64,000 bases of DNA, taken from Octopus vulgaris (taxonomy: Eukaryota). The position numbers and the translations under genes are program-made. The stretch is from assembly GCA_951406725.2 (NCBI GenBank), contig OX597822.1:62124001-62188000 (forward strand), in the 5' to 3' direction. Every line of letters starts with the position of its first letter. Position 1 is the first letter of the stretch. Positions 52,151-64,000 of this stretch are shown here, piece after piece. The notes under the pieces are model-generated. The model made no database searches. It saw only the letters and a program-made list of their open reading frames with translations, and was not told where the DNA came from.

Positions 52151-53253
52151 TAACGTATGCATTGTTGTTTAGCGCCGATCAACTCTAATTGAGCTGATAT
52201 ATAATTAAACCATTCCAGAAGTGACAATTCGATCTTTGTGTACTTTCTAGAATTAAATTGTTTACAGTGTCTATTGTAGTCCTTTGTCGGACTGTTGTAA
52301 CGCTCACTCTGTAATAGCAGTATAGTTAGATAGAAAAGACACGTTTACCTCTCTCTGACCGACTACCTCCGATAACTGCTCGAGGTCACCGTATTTGTAG
52401 CGACTTTCACATACCACTCGTCACATGTGAGGAGTGTTCCATTATTACTATTATCCCTGTAACAGTGTCCTACTTTTTAAAAAAAACAGGTGAGCGATTT
52501 GAAGGAAATTCAGATCGTGCGACTACATAAATGCACCCACGTTCACTCATCTTTTATAGTGTTGAGTGAGCCACGCTTATTATTATAGTCAGCCCACCGC
52601 AGCTGCAGCATAATACGTATCAACCATGTACATTGTATATTCAGTCGACTATGCCACAATATCCGCCAAACACGCGAAATCATTTTTAATAAATTATAAA
52701 ATGTAATTAGAATACTTTCTTTCATAAAATTCTGGTTACATCTTCCATTTCATTTATTTACAGAATAAAGCAAACATTTGCCAGTGAGTGTACCTTTACG
52801 TGATTGCTCAACCGGCTATCTAGAAACAGCCTACAAATTGCTCGCCTATCATATTTCAACCGTTTCATATAAGACAATATGTCTTGAAGCCTTGTGACGA
52901 TATAACTGCTTAATCAAAGCAAATATGGACAAACAACATCAACTACTACAACAGCAGTTTTTTTTTTACCGACGCAAACATTTTTATAAATATGGTTCAC
53001 CACCAAATAGACATTAAAATGGTCAAGACAGAAAATATCGATCTTTTATTGGCGTCGAGGGAAAGCAAAGAATACAGATTGAATACAAATGAAATACTTA
53101 TTGAAAGACAGAGATCCAAGGAAGAATATATAGTGTGCTATCGACCTTTGTGTAGCAACATTAAAATGTATTACATCAATTCGGCTTTCAGTCTTATCTT
53201 TTACAAAATCGTGCAGTGATTTAAATAGGTGTCTACATTTCTCTGCGTTATAG

Positions 53254-53301
<48 letters not shown>

Positions 53302-53438
53302 CGCGCGCGCGCGTGTGTGTATGTATGCATGCATGCATGTATGCATGTATGTATAAAACGCACTGGAACCTATGATCTTTTAAATGGCGGTGTTTCAGTG
53401 TGGTCAAAGCCGTCGGGCTGGAGCGCAAAAAGGAACAC

Positions 53439-53475
<37 letters not shown>

Positions 53476-53533
53476 CATACATACACACATACATACATAC
53501 ATACACACATACATACATACATACATACATACA

Positions 53534-53564
<31 letters not shown>

Positions 53565-54083
53565 GTATATATATATACTTTATTGATAAACATACAATAT
53601 TCTCTTCCACCACAATGAGGAAATAGTGGGTCGATCTGAATAGTTTAAGCCTTAAGTGAAAGAACATCTATCTTTTGTCAACAGAGAAATTAGCAGAATA
53701 AGCTTATAACTATTTACAGTGGGGCACTCGTGTGTATAACTAGCATAACAGTATATGCACTAGCAAAGTGGTTAATTAATTAATGATGCATTACAAAATA
53801 TTTCTTAATATGATTTGAAAAGAAATGGATGTTGTAACTTTTTAATAAGCATATTTTAGTCTCGTAGAGAAATTGAAACATAGTAGCCACGTTACAAGTT
53901 AAGTTTTCACAATATAGTGAAGTGAATGAAGTAATTAATATTGCTCTGCTCAGTGCTGTTGTAAAAGTTGAAATGTAATGTCTCTCTCTCTCTCCCTCTC
54001 TCTCTCTCTCTCTCGACCGCCTGTGTACCGTTGGCGATTTCTTTTCCTCCGTCTTCCCTTCTTTGGATCTTTCCTTTTCCTAT

Positions 54084-54118
54084 GTTTCTGACGAAGAGCT
54101 CCGCTCGAAACGTTAAAC
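54084..54118 (+). ncRNA. Minimal type I hammerhead motif (canonical core)
   Basis: GTTT-CTGACGA-A-GAGC-TCC-GCTC-GAAAC-GTT-AAAC. Confidence 0.75.
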
Positions 54119-54300
54119 CCTCCTTCTTTCTTTCCTTTCCTGAGCGTCCAATAATACTATACTTGTTCCACGTCCTCGCGTTGTTGTGTTTTCTCATTGT
54201 GTTTTCATGTTTGGATTAACTATATATATATATATAACGCCATGATAGACCGTTAGCTCCTACACGCATTTTTTTTCTTTCCTTGTTTCTTTTCTGTGTA

Positions 54301-54338
54301 TCTTTCTGTCGAAGAGCGTGGGCTCGAAACGTAAAAGA
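54301..54338 (+). ncRNA. Minimal type I hammerhead-like motif (U at position 6)
   Basis: TCTTT-CTGTCGA-A-GAGC-GTGG-GCTC-GAAAC-GTA-AAAGA. Confidence 0.6.
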
Positions 54339-54434
54339 CTTGTTCTATTTCTATTCCTGAGCGCCATACTAATACATTTGTTTGTTTGTACTCCACCTGC
54401 CTTCGTCTTTTGTTTATTTTCTTAAACCTTCCCG

Positions 54435-54486
<52 letters not shown>

Positions 54487-54499
54487 GTGCCAAGGGAGA

Positions 54500-56560
54500 A
54501 ACGTTTGTACGTAGGGGATATGTGCGTGTGCATTACGCATGTTTACCTGTTTGCGTGTGTGCATATCCATGTCTGCAAATACACACTACTTATCACTGCA
54601 TATAGTATTATAATTTTTTTAAAAATAAGTTTTAATTTCATATATAATGTGAATATTTTACTTCTCCGTCACGTATTCTTTCTATTACTTGTTACAGACA
54701 AGTTTTCAGCAATTTATTTCAATAACATTTTTCTCTTATATGTTTGCTTATATGGCATTTCAATGAGAAAAGTTTACCACAAAGACTTACATTATTAATG
54801 AGGTTATCTATGAAATAAACTTTGACAATTAATAACGAGTAGATTTTTCCTTTGGGTATATTTGTGGATTACAAGATAACTCATAATATTTTCGTGCAAA
54901 TTTCACTCTGATCATTTTTTTTTCTCAAGTCTGTATTCATCTGCGATTTACAAGTGTATTCATGTTTCACGTGGAATAATCTCTTACATATTTTGCGTTC
55001 ATGTTTTTGTTTTCCTTTGCATATTCATTTATCAACTTCAGATATTTAGCAGAAATGTTTCGCTTAATCAAGAGCACATTTGTAGATTACATGATGTGAA
55101 TTAAAAAATATATATTTTCTCTAACATTTACTTGGTAGACAGAATTTTTCATGTTTCGCACCTGAAAAGCTGTGTACATGTCTCTGCTGTTGCCTCATAT
55201 TTTCCAGTGATAAGACTTTTCGGCATTGCATAATTTTTAGTGAACTACAGTTTTAGTAAATTACCAAAGATAGATTCTCCATATATTTCAGAATGAAAAA
55301 AAAAAAATTCCTTCGCTGCGTGTTCTTTCGTGTTTGGTTAAATCATTATTATTGGCAAAATATTTTCTACCATAAATAATAATTTTCCCTAGTGTATATT
55401 ATTCTTGTGATATATTTTAATCTCCAGTGTGACTATATTTGTGCATAAAACGTTTCAAAGTATCAAAGGAAGTTTATTCATTCCATATTTTACAATATGT
55501 GTGTATTACATTGTCTTTCCAAACTACTATTGGGTTGTCCGGAAAGTTCGTGCCGATTTTTAATGGAAAGAAAAAGGTCAATAAAGACTTGCCATTACAT
55601 TTTTAATCTACCAAATATGAAACATTTTGTTGCACAATGCGTCTCCAACTTTCCTTTAATTTGAAAATACCCTCTTCCCAGAATTGAGGTGGTTTCATGG
55701 CAAAGAATTCATCAAGCTATCTTTTTACGTCATCCAAGGAATTGAAATTTTTACCATTAAGACTATTCAGCAGGGACCTGAATAAGTGGAAATCCGAAGG
55801 AGCAATATCTGGTGAATATGGAGGGTGGAGTAACACATCCCAGCCAAGCTGCAGCAATTTTTGTCTGGTTCCCAAAGCTTCAAGTGCCGAAAATGAACTT
55901 TCTTATCTTCCATTTTAAAGGGTTATAAAATTAACACAGGTTATAGGAACATAAATCTTCTTCCACGGAAAGATAGCTTAAACTAAATGGAGGTGTAGTC
56001 AAATCCTATTTTATGGACTCAACCATGTTCTAAAATAAGTCGAAAGGTAAGCTACTATAAATCAGCATGAACTTTCCGGACAACCCAATATTTCATAGCG
56101 GAAATTTTTCTTCAGTGAATATTCTCTTGTTACTTCAAGATGATAATTATCAACGAATGACTTTCCAAATATTTTACGATAATAGGGTTAAGATTTTTTG
56201 CATAATTCACAGTGATAGGAGTTTTTTTATCCAAAATAATTCGGTATGTGGATAAGAAAAGTTCAACTGGTGAAATATCTATTACATGTTTTATTGTGGA
56301 AAGATGTATGTAACTTTGTACTATGCTAAAACATTATTGGAGATAAAATATTTCTCACATATTTCGCAGGGACATGTCTTTTTCTCCGGTGTGACTACGT
56401 ATTCTCAATGAATGATTTCCACATACTTCATAGTGGAAATGTTTTTTTCCTCAGCGTATCTTATTTTGTGGTAAATTACTTTTACTGACAAAAGGTATCT
56501 TACATATTTCACATTGAATATATTTGTATACTCATAACTGAATCCATATTGATAAAACTT
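54500..56560 (-). pseudogene. Heavily decayed tandem C2H2 zinc-finger array
   Basis: Minus strand ~56520-56320 reads QCEICKIPFVSKSNLPQNKIR*GKKHFHYEVCGNH..RIRSHTGEK/TCPCEICEKYF; further HTG-like linker remnants near 55430, 55205 and 54665; boundaries approximate. Confidence 0.75.
55530..56088 (-). mobile_element. Internally deleted mariner (559 bp)
   Basis: TIRs TTGGGTTGTCCGGAAAGTTC with TA duplications; HPPYSPDIAPSDFHLFRSL on the minus strand. Confidence 0.93.
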
Positions 56561-58399
56561 GTTGTGACCTCGTGATTAATGATCTCCACATAAATTCTAG
56601 ATGAATTCTTTAAAAAGGGGCATTATCTGCGACTCTTATCTATTAGAGTTCAGTTCCTAGACTTGGATATCATAGACGTTTTATATGTGTGGAAAATAAG
56701 CCGTGTAGAAATAAATGTTGATTTGTTGAATTTTGTAAAAAAAATACTGCATTGCACGATTTCTTAATTCGTATTCATATTTCCATAATGCTTTATACAA
56801 AATCTTTCACGATAAATTGAAATGTGCAGACGTGTCTGTTATGATTGTTGAATAAGAAACTCGCGGGTTATATTTGAGCAACAAAGTAGAGAAAATAAGA
56901 TTTGAAAACGCATTCAAGAAAAAACAAATATCAATTTTTCTTTCCGAATAAGATGCTTTGGCTGTCGCGGAAGCTGTTCTTATAGTCAGGAGAGGCGATT
57001 TGCTTCACCTTTTTACCAGTGAACATTTGTGAAGCAAGAACGTGTTGGAGAGACAGTAGTTTGTCATGTGCAAACTAGTGCCACAGGCAGTGAATGTCGA
57101 AAGGATGATTCTAAAATATTCCGCCCTCAATATTTATTTATTTCTGTATGGTAAGTAGTGTTAATTGGAAATATTATATAAAATCATTGCCAGTTAATCA
57201 TTGTTTTTTTTTATATAAATAATCCTTCGATTATTCTCACACATAACGACACATATTGGCACACTCACTTATTCAAATATATTGGGAAAAGTTTTTCTTT
57301 TAGACGTGTGCTGAAAACAACTATGTTTATATTTTAACATCATTATAAGTTTTTTAAAAAAAATATTTTCTGTCTTTTTGTATTTGTACCTTGCAGGTCG
57401 TTTGGATGAAAAATGTTCCGAAACTCCTCCAGTGTTGAAAATGTTACTGACGTTTGTAACAGCCTCCTTTATTAGAAGTGAATGGGATTTGTGTATACTT
57501 TGAGGCGAGATTTCGAAATTTGAGGATTTCATTTTTATGTCAGTCATTTACATATATTTTGTTTATGACGTGTATATACACATATATATCGTGTACATGC
57601 CATGTATATGTTGCAACTGTGTTGTGTTGCGAGTAATACTATCAGTAATCATATGCTTTTGTGTGAAATTCTATATGATATAACTGTATTATCCACTATT
57701 TTTTTTCTAATCAAGTTTTGGTTGAAGCTGAGTTGCATCGTGTATTGCAATTGCTTCTTGTTTCAAGCACGCGGTGAGCTTACGAGAGAGTATTTCGCGC
57801 GTATGCATAATGTAACAGTAAATATAACAAAGTATAAAACTTCTCTTTTAAATCAAATCTATTTATTTCATTGATCATTTGTGGCAAGATCTTCTTAGTT
57901 TATATATTGCTGAAAAAGGAGAGTTTTATTTTAGCGATTTTGTTGCACATTATTCGTAGTAGTAGTAACGTTTGGTTCGGTGCGATACTTTTTGCATTTA
58001 TTTTGGTTTGGTGCAGTGTATGTTGTGTTCCATTCTATGAGATCATTTTGATGATGTGTTCTTTTGTTATATCGGTTAGTATGCAATTAATTCACACACA
58101 GGATTGATTGACTTAACGATCTAATTGGTTACACGTTTTTAATCGTTAAATGAAAGATCCCTAAGTAATACCATAAATGATGGTTATGTTCACGCCGATA
58201 AGATTTTACATATGATATTTTTAAAAGTGTTAAATAATAGACAATAAAATAGCAGTTTTGCTACAACCGATGAATTAATGCATCTTACATAAAATTTATC
58301 AATTTATCAATATTATCTTGCTGCCATTATAGTCATATCTTTTCTTCGTAAACCATAAGAACCGTTAGATCTACTAAGATCTGTGGCAATCTTTCTCCT

Positions 58400-58720
58400 T
58401 TGATCCAGATTTGAATACACAGCCCTTTAAGAGTGAAAGAATAAACAAGAGATTCTTGCTCATTCTTTCTCCTTATTTGGTCTCCTTCTTCAGCTTTTAC
58501 ATAATGTTCTTCCATTTCATGATGCCTTCGTTTGAAAGATCTTGTTCATGTAACTAAAAGAAATCAATTATGTCATTCATAAAAACATCAAGATAGAATT
58601 GATTAGCAATATCAACGATTGTTTCCATTTTATTTAGAACAATATCTAAGGCTCTTCAAATCCTGAAAAAGTGTCAATAACTTGAGAGCAGAAGTTCTTT
58701 CAAACGTCATTCTTATTTTT
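58400..58720 (-). pseudogene. Possible piggyBac-like transposase remnant
   Basis: Weak: KMETIVDIANQF and EQDLSNEGIMKWK resemble piggyBac KIRPLxD and LSIDExMxxWKG motifs. Confidence 0.3.
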
Positions 58721-59396
58721 TCCAGGCTTTGTTTATTGATTTTACTGCACCTAAAACACTGAATGATTTTCCAAAATTCTTTCACTCACAAATACGGTAT
58801 ATTAGCTGATATAAAGTGTACCGAAAATAATATGCTTTGAATGTTGAAACAACACTTTGGCCCATTGTTTGCAAAGGTAGTGTTGTATTTGGCCCCACAA
58901 ACATTAATATCTATCTAACATTTAATTGAAGATTGTGGATTACAAGATATATCTCATTAGCGTATGAAAAAGAATCAGGCATTCACTTTCTGTTTGGTAA
59001 TTATAATGTCTTTAATTGTCTTGGTATTTTCCACAAGATCTTAACTTACAATTATTGTCTTTAGTTGCTTACAATAAATTCAAACAATCATTATTTACTT
59101 TAAAATGTTGTCTCGATGATTTGTCTTTTGTTATGTGACTACGTTTTGACATACGCTTCGAAGTATACGGTTTTCTCTACATTAACAATTTGTGATTATA
59201 TTTTATTATATTTTACTATTATTTCTCCAAACTGTTTCCCGAACAAATTTACTGCTTCAATATCGGTCCTCGTAGCTACTCCCTGCACCATTGCATTATA
59301 AAAACAGCTTGTTTTTATATCTATAAAGACAGTCACCTTCCTCCTGTTTTGAAGCGTATTAATGATAGATAAGTATTTAACACAAATAACGGCTTA

Positions 59397-61122
59397 CAAC
59401 CGTGGGAAAAAGTTTAGCACCACCGAAGTTTTCGAGTGTTTTAAAGGATACATCCTTGTTATTATTGCTAACGATAATATTTACTTAATGTTATTAAAAT
59501 AGACAATAGTTTTATCCTTGACCTTGTTTACAAATTAGCAGTGTTTACTTTTGCAACTAATGTTAATAATATGTGGTATTTAGATTAATGGTGTGTTTTG
59601 TCTGGTAGTTACCTAGTTTCAGGTAAATTGCATTCTTGTCCCAGTTGTATTTGTAATTTCTTTTCATATTTATTGCTAGTTTATAATACTTTTGTTGCAT
59701 ACCAGTGCGTAAATAGCTTGTTCATTTTTTTTGCCTGTACATTTTACATTTGGACAACTTTTACAAAGAATGCTGTGGGCACTGTATTGTACAAATATAG
59801 TCCATGCACGCGAGCTTTTTATATAGCAATTGTATTTTCTTTTTTACATATTATTCATTAATAGTTTAAGCCCTTTTGCATATATTCATTATCTTTTTGC
59901 ACATGCTGTACATGTGTAAACATTTTCTAAATCTATATGTTTACTTTGCAGAATGGGATGAAATAGTGAATTTTTTTGTGAAGTCCGTGCACAAATCATT
60001 GCTCTTCATGATGAAAGATTTTCATGCCGAGCCATAACCTCTCGACTAAATTACTACAGTTGTTAGAACAATTAAAAGTATGTTGAACAAGAAAACTTTG
60101 AAAGCAGATCCAGAAGTGAAAGACCAAGCGTTTTTACTTCATATCAGACGAGAACAATTAAACGTTTGGTTGCCGAAAATCTCCGGCTAACATCTGCTGG
60201 TAGATATCCGAAAACATCTGCCTGGTGCAACTACATCAAGAATAATAAGTTGCCAACTACCAGAACAATTCGGAATTTGTTGTTTAGGAAACTGAAATTG
60301 CGTGCCAGACGGCCAGCTCGAAAACCACTATTGAATGAACGCAAGTACTGCAAGTGGACAGTTCATCAATGGAAGCAAGTTCTCTTTTCAGATGAGCGCA
60401 CATTCCAGCAGTTTGGGGCATAATGTTAACTGGGTTCGTAGACCAGTTAAGTGTCGTTTTGTGCCCAAATACATCGTCTCTACGAGGAAGCACCCTGTCA
60501 GCATAATGGTTTGGGGTTGTTTTAGCTGGTATGGAGGTAGAAGATTTTACTTTCTACAAAAGGGAAGAACTGTCAATTCCAAGATCTATCAAGAAGTCAT
60601 GGAAGAAAAAATGCTTCCATGTATGGAGAGTCACTAGACGACTATTTTCCAGCAAGATAATGCTCCTTGCCACACCTCAGAAACAATGAAGGCATTCTTC
60701 CCCCGAGCAAAGATCAGTGTTATAAGATGGCCCGGCAAGAGCCCGGATATCAAGCCTTTTAGGAAACCTTTGGTTGATTATGAAGAAGAAAGTTTCTTCT
60801 AAACATCCTCCAAACGTTGAAAAATTGAAGGCATCCATAAAGGAAGTGTGGGTCAAAGAAATTGATCCGGATGTTTGTCGTAGGCCGGTACAGAGTCTGC
60901 TGACACTTCTGGAAGAAATTATTTGAAACAAAGGCTACACTACCAGATACTGATATGTCTAGAAATTGTACTTGTAATAACGTTTTTAGTGTTATTCATT
61001 CATGGTGCTAGCTTTGTATTTGCAGAAATGTTTGATTTTGTGATAAAATGAAATGATTTACGTCTTGTGTTATGTGTTTTTGATGAAAATTAAAGGTGGT
61101 GTTAAACTTTATTTCATAGCTC
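59397..61122 (+). mobile_element. Tc1-like element with decayed transposase (~59990-60950)
   Basis: TIR cores AAAGTTTAGCACCACC / GGTGGTGTTAAACTTT with TA flanks; RRPARKPLL, VLFSDE, IMVWGCFS, FQQDNAPCH, WPGKSPDI motifs. Confidence 0.9.
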
Positions 61123-61299
61123 TACATCAAAAACTTGTTCAATCCATTTACTACTGAAATTAGATATATACTCTCAAAATTTCATTACTCTTAACTACTG
61201 TAAGTAGTTTTATATAAACAATACATTTTTTTGTTGAGAAATGTCATGTTCGAAGTTCGAACCTACTTTTTGTAGAGATACCGTTTACTTTTTCTTTGA

Positions 61300-61680
61300 T
61301 CTTTTGCATGTTTCAGTCATTAGACTGTGGCCATGTTGGTACACCGATTTGAAGGGTTTAGTCGAATAAATCGGCTCCATTACTTTCTTTCTTTCTAAAC
61401 CTGGTACTTATTCAACCGGTCATTTTTTTGTCGAACTGCCAAGTTACAAGGACGTGATCAAAACGACATCGGATGTCAAGAGGTGGTGAGTGACAAATAC
61501 ACACACAAACACACACACAGGACGAGATTCAATTAGTTTCCATCTACCATATTCACCCACAAGACTTTGGTTGGCCCGGGGTTATATTAGAAGACACTTG
61601 GCCAAGGGGCCATACAGTGGGATTGAACCCGGAACCATGTGGTTGGGAAACAAACTTCTTACCACACAGCTACACTTGTG
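61300..61680 (-). mobile_element. SINE family A
   Basis: Family A homology. Confidence 0.8.
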
Positions 61681-62696
61681 TCTGTTTATTATATTACCGA
61701 GAATATTGAGGCAACATGACTTGCAGAAAATAACAACTCTATTTCTTGGTAGATCTTCAACATCATTACTGGAATAACCATGACATTTAATTTCGCAGTT
61801 AAATGGCTAATCGTTACGAGAATAAAACTGAATACTTCATTATTATGTACTCTCGAAGATTGCTGCATAGTCTGTATACTTCTATATTTTTGTTCAGATA
61901 TTTTTCTTTATCAATAAACATTTTAGATACAGTTGACTAAACCATACAAAATTTTAAAGATAAATCTTTAACGGTTTTCCAGTCCTTTAGATTAAATTAT
62001 GATCTTGTATTTTGTTTCTAGAGTTTATTGTTCCCATTTCTTTATACTATCGATAGCATTTCATACCATACTAGTTTTTTCGCTTGGGCCTAATAGAAGG
62101 GTGAATTAATTCAAGAGTTTTAAACAAAGGAGTAGTGGAGAGTTTGTGAACGCAGTATGAGCATATGACGTCAGCAAGCAAGCAAGCTTAATAACTGGCT
62201 AAAAGTACGAACTCTCACGAGTATATTATCGATGTGTATTGAAGCAATTGAGCAGTTAAATGAATGGTTAACAATTATTTTATGCAATTAACTTTTAAAT
62301 TATTATCATTATGATTAAAAACGTATGAAAGCAGGTGATTGTTAAGCGAAGTAATGATGTAGTACACTTTGTATATGACCTGCGTATTTCTACTAGGCGT
62401 AATGTCTGATATATTTGTTGCGCTATATTTATGCTTGTATTCTCTTGTGCCTTAGGTTACTGGTCTGTTAGAATAAATAATGTTCATTAGTGTATAATTT
62501 ACTGTGTCGATTTCTAATGCAACTTGTAAATAAAATCGCCAATAATTTGTAAAAGCAGAATCTATTCAAAACTGACTGGTTTTTAGTGGAACACTCATTC
62601 AAATACCCTCACAATCATATCGCCATGCTAGATCGGTAGCCACTACACACATTTGTTTCTCTCCTTGTTTCTCCTTGCTTTTTTTTTTCTGTGTCC

Positions 62697-62732
62697 CTTT
62701 CTGTAGAAGAGTGTAGACTCGAAACGTAAAAG
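62697..62732 (+). ncRNA. Minimal type I hammerhead-like motif (U at position 6)
   Basis: CTTT-CTGTAGA-A-GAGT-GTAG-ACTC-GAAAC-GTA-AAAG inside a ~200-bp insert homologous to 54240-54435; followed by (TA)n. Confidence 0.6.
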
Positions 62733-62823
62733 ACTTTTCCAATTCCTGAGCGTTATACTGATACATCTGTTTGTTTTGGACACTACCCGTCTTCGTCTTT
62801 TGGTTTTTTTCATGAACTCTCCT

Positions 62824-62891
<68 letters not shown>

Positions 62892-62925
62892 GACATATTT
62901 ATATTCAGATGAAAACTCGTAAAGA

Positions 62926-63013
<88 letters not shown>

Positions 63014-63569
63014 GAGTGAGAGAGCAGTGCATGCCATCAAAGTAACACTGGGGTAAAATATATGAAGCCCAGTATACCCATCATGACTACCTGTCTGATA
63101 AGGGTACACTAGGCACATGCATCACAACCATATGTGCGCGACATGGTAATCTTATATCAAGATAAACAGCACATGACCTTGCAGGTGGGACCCAGTTAGA
63201 ATTTTCTTCTGCTCGAGTAACCCATCCCGCTCAAAAAGTCCCTGAATAAGGGTTGTTTAAGGATGTTGAACGAAACACGCATGTTTCCAGGGGTGAATTA
63301 TTCAAACCCCAAAGAATCCCTCTCAACACATGGCTATGATGCTCCCCCACTACTTCTGCTCGTGATCAAAGATGCACATATTGTCAGCCACTAAGGGACA
63401 TGCTCAACTGGTTCAGGTCAAACAAGTGACAAGCAAATCTGTGGTATTGAGCAGAATATTTGCTGTAGCCCATCTTTTATACCAAGACAAAACAATGTAC
63501 ATGATAACACTTCCAATCAGTTAAGATCAGAAGCCATGAGAGCCACTGTCTGGCACTGCATCAGGGCAT
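63014..63569 (-). mobile_element. Family D non-coding element, full length
   Basis: 556 bp, same termini as the 39755 copy, (TTA)n on both sides. Confidence 0.92.
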
Positions 63570-63605
63570 TTATTATTATTATTCAGTAGTTTTATTTATT
63601 TAATA

Positions 63606-63669
<64 letters not shown>

Positions 63670-64000
63670 CATTCTTATGCAAAATTTTCGCTTGCTTCAA
63701 ATACCAGTCAGCAACAATCAAGGTGATTGCTAATGGTACACTTTTAATTACTACAAATGTTATTCTTTGCTGTCATCTCATATTCTTAAGCAAAAAAAAA
63801 AAGTTGTGAGAAAAAAAAACAAAACACTTTCGCTCGAAAGACTAACCTTCCTTTTCAGAAATAAAAAAGAAAAACTTCTACTCCTGGTAGTTGCTGAATG
63901 TTTAGAAAATTAGTGTAACTCACAATGAAATTTTACTCCAATATCTACGATGATGCACCAATTACAAACAACATGAGCGCACACACACACACACACACAC

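Overview
AT-rich eukaryotic non-genic DNA, most consistent with an octopus-like cephalopod genome (inferred from the SINE types, microsatellite load and a decayed C2H2 zinc-finger array). I can support no intact host protein gene, and most listed ORFs are microsatellite or SINE artefacts. The window contains several tRNA-headed SINE families, three mariner elements, Tc1, pogo and hAT remnants, two non-autonomous Helitrons, four 5'-truncated restriction-like-endonuclease (R4/Dong-type) retroposons embedded in microsatellites, an RTE-like remnant and a C2H2-ZNF pseudogene. The most notable signals are: (1) short microsatellite-embedded elements with minimal type I hammerhead ribozyme folds, including an inverted pair with a swapped G3-C8 core and a subfamily with a non-A at core position 6; (2) a 3' U6 snRNA fragment fused to the 5' end of a SINE; (3) a 556-bp fixed-ended, non-coding element found only at (TAA)n; and (4) one SINE head carrying three different 3' tails. 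All folds and homologies were read by eye and are not computationally verified.
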